Virus record (IMG/VR): IMGVR_UViG_3300007522_000367 | Location: 23,059 to 87,058 of that record | Length of the DNA stretch: 64,000 nucleotides | DNA from: a virus | Reading direction: 5' to 3' (one strand) | Shown here: positions 1 to 8,922 of the stretch, in pieces | Layout: each line of letters starts with the position of its first letter | How positions within the stretch are numbered: position 1 is the stretch's first letter | Notes under the pieces: generated by a model | The model's database searches: none | What the model was told of the DNA's origin: nothing | Seen by the model: only the letters and a program-made list of their open reading frames with translations | Position numbers and translations under genes: made by a program

Positions 1-405
1 ATTACAGAACACAATAGAAATGCTACTTCAGTAGACGATTTTTATTATAGAGGAACTGAATTTGAGCACAGCGGTGGCACAGGTATCCGTTCATTAGCTA
101 TGCAGTATCTTCGAGACAGGAAAATTATAGATAGAAGACTTATCTTAAAGAACAATGGCAATACCCTAGAAATTACAACTATGTTCGTAAACAAACAGTA
201 TTACTTAGAATTTTTACAAGATGATTTACAAAAAGAAGCAATGCAATTTTTTACACAGCGTCAATGGGAAACAAAGACTGAAACTTACGAGGCACAAGAC
301 GAACTTAGTATACTAGCAAATGCACATAGAAACATTATTGATAGTTTTAAAAATATGTCTTTAGAACAAATAGTAGAACGAATTAAACAACTACAAGGCA
401 AATAA
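1..405 (+). CDS. hypothetical protein, 5' truncated by the window edge
   Basis: Frame 1 is open from base 1 (ITEHNRNATSVDDFYYRG...) through the track ORF 100..405 to TAA at 403-405. Confidence 0.7.
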   Translation: MTEHNRNATSVDDFYYRGTEFEHSGGTGIRSLAMQYLRDRKIIDRRLILKNNGNTLEITTMFVNKQYYLEFLQDDLQKEAMQFFTQRQWETKTETYEAQDELSILANAHRNIIDSFKNMSLEQIVERIKQLQGK

Positions 406-406
406 A

Positions 407-1153
407 ATGAATAAATTTCTTATAACTGGTATACCGCGAAGTGGAACAACTATAATTGTCAAGACATTAGCTAAATTAAATGATGTCGAAGTATACAATG
501 ACCAGGATGGTTTTGGAGAACCGTTTAAAATAGTTAACAAAAAATTAGATTTAAATCCATATTTACGTCTAACAGCAGTTGAAGATAAATGTAATTCAAA
601 ATATTTTGGATTTAAATGTTTCCCCGGCGACTTATTAGATATTAATCAATTAAATGAACAACGTAATTATAAAACATTTGCAATTATAAGAAAAGATATT
701 TGGAAGGCTTTATTCAGTTATTGTGTTGCTAAAACAAAATTTGTCAGAGATAGTACAGACATATTTAAACATAGTTCAACATTACACACACAGCGTCCTT
801 TACAAATTTATATCGATGACTGGCAAAGTCCACTAAATCAAATGATAAGACATTCTTATTTTTGGAGAGTAAAATCGTGTTATGAATTTGAAACACAGTG
901 GAAAAATACAGATATAATTTATTTTGAAGATTTAATCAAACCAAATGCAAGCTTCGAGTGTTTAAATGAGTACTTTGGACAAGAAATAATTTTCAATTTA
1001 GATTACGACGATAGTCATGACACCGAGTCGTATTACGCTAACTTTAGTCCAGAAGTTTTATCTAAATTGTCTAAACATATGTTAAGTACGATAGTTCTTC
1101 CATATGACTGTCCTGACTATATTAAACAGTCTATATATAAATTTATAAAATAA
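407..1153 (+). CDS. PAPS-dependent sulfotransferase (Stf0-like)
   Basis: N-terminal 5'-PSB loop ITGIPRSGTT; 3'-PB-like IIRKDIWKALFSY; IYFEDL motif. Confidence 0.8.
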   Translation: MNKFLITGIPRSGTTIIVKTLAKLNDVEVYNDQDGFGEPFKIVNKKLDLNPYLRLTAVEDKCNSKYFGFKCFPGDLLDINQLNEQRNYKTFAIIRKDIWKALFSYCVAKTKFVRDSTDIFKHSSTLHTQRPLQIYIDDWQSPLNQMIRHSYFWRVKSCYEFETQWKNTDIIYFEDLIKPNASFECLNEYFGQEIIFNLDYDDSHDTESYYANFSPEVLSKLSKHMLSTIVLPYDCPDYIKQSIYKFIK

Positions 1154-1156
1154 TAC

Positions 1157-1185
1157 TTGACAATATATTGCAGATCAAGTATAAT
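1157..1185 (+). promoter_or_regulatory. consensus sigma70 promoter, predicted leaderless panD mRNA
   Basis: TTGACA (1157-1162), 17-nt spacer, TATAAT (1180-1185), then 6 nt to ATG at 1192; no Shine-Dalgarno. Confidence 0.8.
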
Positions 1186-1191
1186 AAATGT

Positions 1192-1542
1192 ATGAAAGAA
1201 TACATACACGGTAAAATACATAATATAAGCGTAACTGCTAAATCAATTAACTATCATGGTAGCGTAACTGTTTGCTCGTATCTGTTAGAACAAGCAGGTA
1301 TAGACCACTATCAAAAAGTAGATATTGTAAATCTACATAATGGACTTAGATGGACTACATATACTGTCCCAGGTCCTTTAGGATCATTTGAACTAAATGG
1401 TGGTGGCGCTAGGTTAGGTGAAATTGGCGATAAATGTGTAGTTATCGCATACGAGATGAAAGAGCAATTCGTTGGTTCAAAGGTAATTTTTTGTACTACC
1501 TACAACGGAGTAGAAGAAGTTATTGACTACCCTTTGCTTTAA
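1192..1542 (+). CDS. panD: aspartate 1-decarboxylase (pyruvoyl-dependent)
   Basis: KIHNISVT..INYHG/SVTV with Gly-Ser autocleavage site, WTTY catalytic Tyr region, LNGGGARL..GDKCVVIAY; start moved to ATG 1192. Confidence 0.88.
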   Translation: MKEYIHGKIHNISVTAKSINYHGSVTVCSYLLEQAGIDHYQKVDIVNLHNGLRWTTYTVPGPLGSFELNGGGARLGEIGDKCVVIAYEMKEQFVGSKVIFCTTYNGVEEVIDYPLL

Positions 1543-2278
1543 TAAACGGTAAAAAGATTACACTAGGGTCAAATTCGTTTTTTGAAGCAAAACTATAATT
1601 GCTAGGAGTGTTGTGATGATTATTATGTAATGCTTGTCCCCATGTAAGCAATCCTAATAGTTTAAGATTATAAGAATTATCTGTAGTTTCATGACTTCTA
1701 TAACCAAACCACCCACTGTGGCAACTAATATTAACAATTGCTTCTTGATGGAAACTCCATGCTGCTGGTACTATCCAAAACCATAAAGTAAAGGTAGGAA
1801 CAGTTAACAGTCCTACTACTAATACGCTCCAAATAATAAAAATATAATATTTGTTTAAGAATAGATGAAATGAATTTTTATATATGTCTTTGACATGTCT
1901 AGGATTTATGTTATCTATACTTTTAGAATGAAGCCATCCAATGTACGCATGAAACAATCCGTCTTTGGGACTATGCGGATCGCCCTTAGCGTCTGCATGT
2001 TTGTGATGCATGCCTCTATGAACACCCGCCCACCATATTGGTGTTCCTTGAGCACATAATGTTGCTAATACTAATAAAGGTTTTTCTAACCAAGGTTTTA
2101 GTTCTATTGATTTGTGAGATACGTACCTATGTAATATAGTTGCGGATCCTAATCCGCAAAATGTAATCCATCCTAGTAGTAAGTAAATCCAGTTAATTTC
2201 TGTAAAAAATATTGCAAATAGTGCAACTAACTGCACGACATAAAATACAAAAAATAAACTACTATTTTTCTTTGACAT
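1520..2278 (-). CDS. membrane fatty-acid desaturase (delta-9/DesC-like)
   Basis: His boxes HRYVSH, HRGMHHKH, HNNHH; GDPHSP; hydrophobic transmembrane segments. Confidence 0.88.
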   Translation of the reverse strand: MSKKNSSLFFVFYVVQLVALFAIFFTEINWIYLLLGWITFCGLGSATILHRYVSHKSIELKPWLEKPLLVLATLCAQGTPIWWAGVHRGMHHKHADAKGDPHSPKDGLFHAYIGWLHSKSIDNINPRHVKDIYKNSFHLFLNKYYIFIIWSVLVVGLLTVPTFTLWFWIVPAAWSFHQEAIVNISCHSGWFGYRSHETTDNSYNLKLLGLLTWGQALHNNHHNTPSNYSFASKNEFDPSVIFLPFIKAKGSQ

Positions 2279-3105
2279 TAGTATCCACCTTCGTTGTCTT
2301 TGATGTGTTGTAAAAACGGAACAACGTCAAATTGTTCAGTCATTCTTCCTCTTATAGAATTAGTGTCTTCGTCGAACCCGTCAGACACTCCGTTCCAATT
2401 AGTTAAATTTATTCTAAATCCTTTATGCTTTATAGCATAACTATATTGGTTATCTTCTAAAGTTCTAATATTTTCAATTTTTAATTTTTCACAAACTAAG
2501 TTCTTAAGTTCTGTAAATTTATAAGTATCGTTGGTCATGTACCGACCAACCTGTCCAATGTTCCTATATTCTATACTTGTACCAGACTTTACATTTCTCT
2601 CTTTTAAATAATTAAATATTTTTTCTATTAGATGTTCGTTAAGACCTTTAACAATAATACAACCAATTGACAATCTTAAATTTAGATCAATTACATTATT
2701 AAGTGCTTTCATTTTTCCTTTAGCACATTTAGCAAGATCAGTTATTTCATATACACTGTCTTCGTCAAACCCAGTCATACTTAAATAAACAGTTTTTAAT
2801 CCTGCATCTTTTAATAGATTTAGATATGCTTTGCTTGCTATTTTTAATCCGTTTGTCGCAATACTAGTACGATGTCCTTTTTCAACAGCATAAGCAATAA
2901 TTTTATCCAAGTCGGGATGAAGTGTAGGTTCACCGCCTATAAATCTAAATTCAGTTGGATAATCAAATTTATCAATAAAGGAAAACATTTTTTCTTTATC
3001 TATATCTGGATAAAGTCTATTGGGAAGATAACAGTTAGCACATTCCATATTACATCTATGAACAATATCGCAGTATACTGATCTATATTTTAAATTAGTT
3101 ATCAA
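2278..3105 (-). CDS. radical SAM protein (MoaA-like core, no auxiliary cluster)
   Basis: CNMECANC (CxxxCxxC), GGEPTLHP, TNG; TTG start with AAGGTG RBS. Confidence 0.88.
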   Translation of the reverse strand: MITNLKYRSVYCDIVHRCNMECANCYLPNRLYPDIDKEKMFSFIDKFDYPTEFRFIGGEPTLHPDLDKIIAYAVEKGHRTSIATNGLKIASKAYLNLLKDAGLKTVYLSMTGFDEDSVYEITDLAKCAKGKMKALNNVIDLNLRLSIGCIIVKGLNEHLIEKIFNYLKERNVKSGTSIEYRNIGQVGRYMTNDTYKFTELKNLVCEKLKIENIRTLEDNQYSYAIKHKGFRINLTNWNGVSDGFDEDTNSIRGRMTEQFDVVPFLQHIKDNEGGY

Positions 3106-3177
3106 TTTGCACCTTTAATAATTTAACTGATCTTTATCATCATATCTTAGTTCTGGAATTTCAAAAAAAGTTTCCAT
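3095..3177 (-). pseudogene. small ORF METFFEIPELRYDDKDQLNY (3115-3177): probable deleted-gene remnant, or a short peptide gene
   Basis: 20-codon ORF not in the track; its start resembles the N-termini of the cluster oxygenases; an out-of-frame tail SVKLLKVQIDN* overlaps the radical SAM start. Confidence 0.4.
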
Positions 3178-3217
3178 AGGATCATTATACGCCTTTTTGA
3201 TTATATGTTATGATAAG

Positions 3218-3224
3218 TATTTAG
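3218..3224 (-). promoter_or_regulatory. putative gp55 late promoter CTAAATA (overlaps ATAAGTA on +, 3213-3219)
   Basis: T4-type late -10 motif in the divergent intergenic gap. Confidence 0.45.
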
Positions 3225-3251
3225 TAATCATGAAAAGAGGTGTTAGCAGTT

Positions 3252-4496
3252 ATGAAACAAAAAATACTAGTTCCGAATCAAGGCATGCCTAATCAATTTT
3301 TTTTAAAAAGTTGTAGAGATCGCGGCATAGAATTAGATATTATTGTTGATTTAAGTTACGTGCTCCTTACTGACGATGTGTTAAAACACGAACAAGTACT
3401 AGGTAATAAAATTGTTTTAAATGAAAAATTAAACAAACTTGTTATAACAGATAAAATTAAAGAACACTATCAAGACACACAGTTAGATTATATCTACCCT
3501 AGTTGGTTTGATTTTCGAATTATGGCTATGGCGCACATAAACGAAAAACTAAACATACCGGGACTAGGCCTTGATGCTGCGTTAAAGATTTTTGACAAAT
3601 TAACGTATCAAACTATTCTAGAAAAAGAAGGAATAACGCTACCTAAAATTATTTCATGCTTAGATCCATATAGTGAGCAATATTTTTACAACAATGCCGT
3701 GTTTCCTCTAATTGCCAAACCAGTAAAAGGTACAGGTAGTTTAGGTGTAAAAGTATTACAAAGTACTAAAGAAGCAACTGACTTTTTTAAAGATTACGAT
3801 ACTCCGTTTAACTCTTTTTGCGAGAAAGGACAAACCGGATACAAGCACTACGACTATCATTGTTTAGGTAGTTGCTATATACTACAGGAATATATAGACG
3901 GTGATCTAGTGAGCGTGTCAGGGCATGTAATAAACAACAAAGTAAATGTAGACCTAGTTTATGATATAAAAAGTTCAGAGCTTCCGTATCGAGCGGAAAT
4001 AGGATTTACGTATCCAAGCAAACACAATAAAGAAAAATTAACTACTATTATTAAAAAAATAATAAAAACGTTGGAGATAGATAACAGTCCCTTTATGATG
4101 GATTTTATTTACAAAGATACTACATTTTATTTGATAGACTTTTCTGCGAGGTTTAGTACTAGTACACAATATATTATGAACTATTTAGGCGAAAAAGATT
4201 ATGCGTTTAACGTTGTAAATAAAATTTTAAACAATGTAGATTTTGATATTGATTTGCAAAACTGTATCAGTATAAGACACTTGCCTATTGAAAAAGGTAA
4301 AATCAAGTATATTAACATAGATACTACCGAATGTGTAACAGCACAGTTGCCAAAAACGGGATCCCAGCACTATAGTTCAAGGATAGATGCTTACGCAGGA
4401 AACAAAGGATTTATAGTTGCAGAATCTAACGACTTATTGTCTTTAGAAGAAAAAGTTAATAGGATACTAAAAACATTGGAGGTAGAGTATGTTTAA
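3252..4496 (+). CDS. ATP-grasp ligase (L-amino-acid-ligase-like)
   Basis: DKLTYQ, PLIAKPVKGTGSLGV, ILQEYIDG, YLIDFSARF; C-terminal LAL-like extension; RBS GAGGTG before ATG 3252. Confidence 0.85.
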   Translation: MKQKILVPNQGMPNQFFLKSCRDRGIELDIIVDLSYVLLTDDVLKHEQVLGNKIVLNEKLNKLVITDKIKEHYQDTQLDYIYPSWFDFRIMAMAHINEKLNIPGLGLDAALKIFDKLTYQTILEKEGITLPKIISCLDPYSEQYFYNNAVFPLIAKPVKGTGSLGVKVLQSTKEATDFFKDYDTPFNSFCEKGQTGYKHYDYHCLGSCYILQEYIDGDLVSVSGHVINNKVNVDLVYDIKSSELPYRAEIGFTYPSKHNKEKLTTIIKKIIKTLEIDNSPFMMDFIYKDTTFYLIDFSARFSTSTQYIMNYLGEKDYAFNVVNKILNNVDFDIDLQNCISIRHLPIEKGKIKYINIDTTECVTAQLPKTGSQHYSSRIDAYAGNKGFIVAESNDLLSLEEKVNRILKTLEVEYV

Positions 4497-5058
4497 GTTA
4501 AAAGTGTTAGACAAGTCGCATTTACTCGACATATTAAAATTAAACAACGATAGTAAAAAAGTGTATGGTAGTACTAAAACTTCCTTGTACAATCGCGAAT
4601 ACGAAAACTGGATAATCGAAATTCTAAATTTTAATAATAAAGAGTCTGAGATACTAGGAATATTTAATGAAGGAAACGAATTAATACAGTATGCGTTATA
4701 TTATCACATAAGTACATGGCCTGCTGTTGTAGTAGACCATTGGCGTAGCTCAACTGCTCACAAACATAAAGGTGTATTAGCAGCAACAGAATGGACTAAA
4801 ATGTTTGCTGAATACATAGCAAAAAAAGACATATTTGTTTGGTACATTGTTGTTGAAAAAGATATGTGGGATAGATACACTACGCTACAAAAAGATCGAT
4901 TCAACAAAGAACCTCCAAATTATAGATTTTTATTAGAAGAAGTTCCGGCAGGTGAAAGAAGCAAGTTTTTATCGTTTAATACATACTTATTAAAAAATCA
5001 AACATATGATAAAGCCATGTATGTATTTCAAATGGTAAATAAAGATAAATATTACTAG
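4489..5058 (+). CDS. hypothetical protein, possible GNAT fold
   Basis: GNAT-like secondary pattern (LKVLDKSHLLDILKL...ILGIFNEGNELIQYA) but no canonical acetyl-CoA motif A. Confidence 0.4.
   Translation: MFKLKVLDKSHLLDILKLNNDSKKVYGSTKTSLYNREYENWIIEILNFNNKESEILGIFNEGNELIQYALYYHISTWPAVVVDHWRSSTAHKHKGVLAATEWTKMFAEYIAKKDIFVWYIVVEKDMWDRYTTLQKDRFNKEPPNYRFLLEEVPAGERSKFLSFNTYLLKNQTYDKAMYVFQMVNKDKYY
5045..5051 (+). promoter_or_regulatory. putative late promoter ATAAATA
   Basis: ATAAATA followed by AGGAG RBS and ATG 5068. Confidence 0.5.
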
Positions 5059-5067
5059 GAGATAATT

Positions 5068-5478
5068 ATGCAAAAACATACTATAAAAGTTGAAATACCG
5101 ACAACAGTAACTACCCACTTACAATGTCAGATCGCAGTATTAGACATGCTAGGCGAACAAGGCGGTAAAGACTTCACTAATCTTATTATTAAATATAAAC
5201 ACAATGGAGATATTTGGTTCTATAACTTAGATATCCAAGCCGAAGGTGATCAAAAATTTATGTATGCAACACGAGTCTTTGATTCAGCAAAAGCTAAAGA
5301 ATCCTTTGTCACCGAAGCTGCTGAGTATTTTAGCGGTATTGGTGCAACAGTAGTAAGTGACGAAGCAATAACGTTCGAAGCGTTTGCCGCATATGCTGCT
5401 GACAAAAATGAATCTATAGGTATTCCGGCTAAGTTTGCGCCGCCTGGTACGGAGCCACATCCAGAGGAATTGGAGTAA
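5068..5478 (+). CDS. hypothetical protein
   Basis: 136 aa ORF with strong AGGAG RBS. Confidence 0.7.
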   Translation: MQKHTIKVEIPTTVTTHLQCQIAVLDMLGEQGGKDFTNLIIKYKHNGDIWFYNLDIQAEGDQKFMYATRVFDSAKAKESFVTEAAEYFSGIGATVVSDEAITFEAFAAYAADKNESIGIPAKFAPPGTEPHPEELE

Positions 5479-6178
5479 GAACAATATAGTTGGGCCTAGT
5501 AGGCTGTGTGATTGCGTTATTTGTTTTATTATAACAAACGAATAATACATTCCTATCTACTTCACTAGTATTACGCCCGCTGTAGTGCAATGTATTTGCA
5601 TGCATACATATTACGTCTCCTGCCTTGCCAGTCAACTGTATCGCACTACAATTAGTCTTAGACACCATATCGTCGTCAAGTATTCCTTGCGATTCATCAG
5701 CACTATGCTTTATGGTCCACTTAGAGTCGTTAATTTTTGGTACCGGTAAGTTTTGACTTTTTTCTAAAACAGTTAACGGACCATTGTTTTTTGTCATATC
5801 ATCAAGTAAAAACAATACGCTGATAGCATCAGGATTGTTCATTCCATCAAAATTTTTCCAATATGTGTAGTCACTATGCCAAGCATATTCGCCGCCAGTT
5901 TGTGCTTTTTTATAATTAATATGACATTGGTGAATGTATATGTCTTGTCCTAATATTTCTTTAACAAAATCAATTACATTGTTATTATAGATAAACTCAT
6001 TTATTGTCTTGCTCTTCCAATGCGGCGCAAATAAACTTCTAATTGTATTGTTGTCTTCTATAATGTAAGTTTCATCTAATGGTTCGTTTTCTAAACGGAT
6101 AGCTTCTTTTTTTAATTCCGTTGCATCAAATACCTCTTTCAAAATTAAATATCCGGTTTGTAAATATCCGTTGATCAT
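5429..6178 (-). CDS. PhyH-family 2OG-Fe(II) dioxygenase, ectoine/proline hydroxylase-like
   Basis: YIHQCHINYK...YAWHSDYTYW..FDGM resembles the EctD signature; NGPL, distal His in HANTLHYS, RNVLFVCYN. Confidence 0.82.
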   Translation of the reverse strand: MINGYLQTGYLILKEVFDATELKKEAIRLENEPLDETYIIEDNNTIRSLFAPHWKSKTINEFIYNNNVIDFVKEILGQDIYIHQCHINYKKAQTGGEYAWHSDYTYWKNFDGMNNPDAISVLFLLDDMTKNNGPLTVLEKSQNLPVPKINDSKWTIKHSADESQGILDDDMVSKTNCSAIQLTGKAGDVICMHANTLHYSGRNTSEVDRNVLFVCYNKTNNAITQPTRPNYIVLTPIPLDVAPYQAAQT

Positions 6179-7041
6179 TTTTCTACCTCTAATAGTTTTG
6201 TTAATTTGTGTGCTTCTAATGTAAAGACACCATTATGATATTTTTTCAAGTCATCAAATTTTTTAAGAACTTCATTCATTAACGGTGTTTTCTCAATTTC
6301 TTCCCATCCTGTATATTTTGGACGATCATTAAATGTATAATGTTTTGAATATATTATAGGCTTACTAGTTCGTGTACTTAGCTTGCCCGGGTGCTTATTG
6401 GCTATAAGTTCCCGCACTCTAGGCTCTTGTAAAAAGCTCAATGTCATTTCAGGAGTGTATCTTAAAAAATCTGGAGTACCGTCTATGCTTTCATTAGCAT
6501 ACCATTTCATGTAGCTATTTACTCGTTCAGTTTCTTCATACGTCCATATTGAATCAAAGTTTTTAAGGTAAGGCTCGCCATTTGCCATAACAATAGTCCC
6601 ATCTAATTGTAAAATTCCATACATGATGCTAGGTATTTGGTATGCGCAACACTTTACACTATTAGCAATGTCGAATATTTTTTTAGAACTTATAAATTTT
6701 TCAATATCAACATTAACTACTATAGGTGTAATATTGTGTAATTTACAATAATCAAACGCAAATGCAGTATCGTGTGCGTTATAATGTCCGTAACTTATTA
6801 TGGCAGTCTTAAAAGGAACTTTTGCTGTCTTAAAAACATTTAACATAAATTCACTGTCAAGTCCTCCACTAAACATTAATGTTATAGGAGAAGACGAATT
6901 TTCATAGAGTATTTGAGCTGCAAAAACAGCTTCGTCATGAAAGTTTTTTATATCACTACGGGTACATTTTTTAATGTTTACTGACCAACTATCACCTGTT
7001 CCGCTAGTTGTAAAATAATCATTATACGTTGTTGCTGTCAT
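6175..7041 (-). CDS. PP-loop (adenine nucleotide alpha-hydrolase) enzyme, asparagine-synthetase-like synthase domain
   Basis: LMFSGGLDSE PP-loop motif; no glutaminase domain. Confidence 0.7.
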   Translation of the reverse strand: MTATTYNDYFTTSGTGDSWSVNIKKCTRSDIKNFHDEAVFAAQILYENSSSPITLMFSGGLDSEFMLNVFKTAKVPFKTAIISYGHYNAHDTAFAFDYCKLHNITPIVVNVDIEKFISSKKIFDIANSVKCCAYQIPSIMYGILQLDGTIVMANGEPYLKNFDSIWTYEETERVNSYMKWYANESIDGTPDFLRYTPEMTLSFLQEPRVRELIANKHPGKLSTRTSKPIIYSKHYTFNDRPKYTGWEEIEKTPLMNEVLKKFDDLKKYHNGVFTLEAHKLTKLLEVEK

Positions 7042-7050
7042 ACTTACCTC

Positions 7051-7057
7051 ATAAATA
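7051..7057 (+). promoter_or_regulatory. putative late promoter ATAAATA, 4 nt before ATG
   Basis: ATAAATA-cgtt-ATG(7062); no SD. Confidence 0.55.
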
Positions 7058-7061
7058 CGTT

Positions 7062-7733
7062 ATGAATCATTTTAAACCTATCAATTTTGATTTTGACCAA
7101 GAACAAATCTATAACGATCTTGTAAACATGGATATCTTTGATAAAAGTTTTCTTGCTACAGTTATTTACAACAATGGTCGTAGCAAGTACGACCAAGATG
7201 GCTTTTTTAACGAGTACAACGACGTTGTACACTATAACGAAAATAAAGAAATAGTTAACGGAAAATTTAATACATTTGTGACTTATAACTTTACACACTT
7301 ACCCGGAATTGAAGAAACTAACAACAATAGTTTTATAGATACTCCTGAAGGAAGACGGCCTATATGGCAAGTGTATGATACAGCATGGGAGTGGAAAAAG
7401 GATACTCCAAAATCACTTAAGGCTGTAGTAGAACAATTAAATTTAAAATATATAAGCTGTGTGAGATTAGTAGGACAAACTCCTCCTAGTAAAGGAATTG
7501 TACATGTAGATTCAGGAATAAAAGATAATTTAAAATATTATCGAAACGGAGGTGTAAGTATTACACTAAACGTATCTGACGGAGGAGGTAATTTACAATT
7601 TAAGTCTCCTGGAGGATTAGAAACTGTAGACGAAAGTAAACATAAAGCATGGCACTTTAATGATGCGTTGCCGCACTGTACAACTGAAATTACTAGTCCT
7701 AGAATACAAGTAAGAGTGTTTGGAAAACAATGA
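7062..7733 (+). CDS. 2OG-Fe(II) oxygenase-like (Asp/Asn beta-hydroxylase-like DSBH)
   Basis: HVD...HCT...RIQVRVF (HxD..H..R); start moved to ATG 7062. Confidence 0.7.
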   Translation: MNHFKPINFDFDQEQIYNDLVNMDIFDKSFLATVIYNNGRSKYDQDGFFNEYNDVVHYNENKEIVNGKFNTFVTYNFTHLPGIEETNNNSFIDTPEGRRPIWQVYDTAWEWKKDTPKSLKAVVEQLNLKYISCVRLVGQTPPSKGIVHVDSGIKDNLKYYRNGGVSITLNVSDGGGNLQFKSPGGLETVDESKHKAWHFNDALPHCTTEITSPRIQVRVFGKQ

Positions 7734-8344
7734 CAGTATTATACACACCTTTAGACTTACCTACACTAGACTTTAATAGAGAAGAATTTATAAAGTGGCA
7801 CGAAGAAAAGCGTCATAAGAATAGAGATAATATCAATTACGATAAAAAAAACTTCATTGCTCCGTGGCTAGTTAGCCTTGCATATCACGTCGACTACGGC
7901 TGGTGTAATAGATTTTTAAAAGTTATTCCTAATTTTCAAGACATACTGTATAATCATTTACCATATACTGATATTACATATGTTAACTTCTTAGAACAAA
8001 AGATTCCTTGTCAGTTACACCAAGATGTAGGATCAAGACCAGATAGAGAAAACGAGCCAGGTGCGTATAAAGCATTTATAGTATATGATGCTCCGTTAAT
8101 GTATTTTCAAGAAGGTAAAACTAAAGATACAATTAAAGAAGAAAAGTTATATATTAATCATCCAACTCACTTAACAAAGTGGTTTGCAATTAACAATTAC
8201 GATGCATATCATGCAGCTGATTTACCGCAAGAAGGACAGCGTAAGATTATCATGACAATACTTGGTAAATTAGATAAAGAAAAACATGCAACTATACTGG
8301 AGCGCAGTTTATCCAAATACAAAGATTACATAATAGAAATTTAA
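7730..8344 (+). CDS. 2OG-Fe(II) oxygenase-like
   Basis: LHQD...YHAA...RKIIMTI. Confidence 0.65.
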   Translation: MTVLYTPLDLPTLDFNREEFIKWHEEKRHKNRDNINYDKKNFIAPWLVSLAYHVDYGWCNRFLKVIPNFQDILYNHLPYTDITYVNFLEQKIPCQLHQDVGSRPDRENEPGAYKAFIVYDAPLMYFQEGKTKDTIKEEKLYINHPTHLTKWFAINNYDAYHAADLPQEGQRKIIMTILGKLDKEKHATILERSLSKYKDYIIEI

Positions 8345-8910
8345 ACTAACAACTCGCCCGCAGTGTACATATCATAAATTTTTTCAAATGTCCATGCTTC
8401 TTTAAAACTTATTGTTAAAATGTATCTATCTTCTAATGACGTATTAGTAACACCGTGAATTTCTTGTGTATTAAAACAAATAGGAACATTATAACTAACT
8501 TGATAATCTAATTCAGCGTCAGGATAAACCATGCCGCCACCGCGATGTTCTTCATTGTCATTTAGGGCAACTGCCGGAACACCAATAGAAGGTTTGTAAA
8601 AATCTAGATAACTATGTTTAAAGTCTCCTTTTAAAGGAACATTAATTGTTACATACCTATGATGATCAGTATGCGGCATAACAACACCCATTTTCCCTAC
8701 CTTGTTAAGTTCCATCTTAAAGAACAAGTCTTTAGGATTTTTAAATTTCTTTGCTAACGGTAATATAAGTTCTCTATTAGGAAGAAGACCAATGTATAAT
8801 TTGAATCTGCCCCTTCCGTAAGAAGACCAACTATCTGTATTTACAGCATAGTCTATTAGCTCTTTAGTCTCTTCTTTTATTATAAAGTCCGTTAATAGAA
8901 AATGTTTCAT
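8341..8910 (-). CDS. 2OG-Fe(II) oxygenase-like
   Basis: PHTD..R.VTINVPL...IHGVTN...RYILTISF. Confidence 0.72.
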   Translation of the reverse strand: MKHFLLTDFIIKEETKELIDYAVNTDSWSSYGRGRFKLYIGLLPNRELILPLAKKFKNPKDLFFKMELNKVGKMGVVMPHTDHHRYVTINVPLKGDFKHSYLDFYKPSIGVPAVALNDNEEHRGGGMVYPDAELDYQVSYNVPICFNTQEIHGVTNTSLEDRYILTISFKEAWTFEKIYDMYTAGELLV

Positions 8911-8915
8911 GAAAA

Positions 8916-8922
8916 TATTTAG
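8916..8922 (-). promoter_or_regulatory. putative late promoter CTAAATA, 5 nt before ATG
   Basis: CTAAATA-ttttc-ATG(8910); overlaps the upstream stop codon. Confidence 0.45.

Noticed and set aside
2278-3105. Calling this radical SAM MoaA
   Set aside because: It lacks the C-terminal Cx2Cx13C auxiliary cluster, and no moaC or other Moco genes are present
5429-6178. Ectoine biosynthesis AMG (ectD)
   Set aside because: The signature deviates and ectABC is absent, so no gene symbol was given
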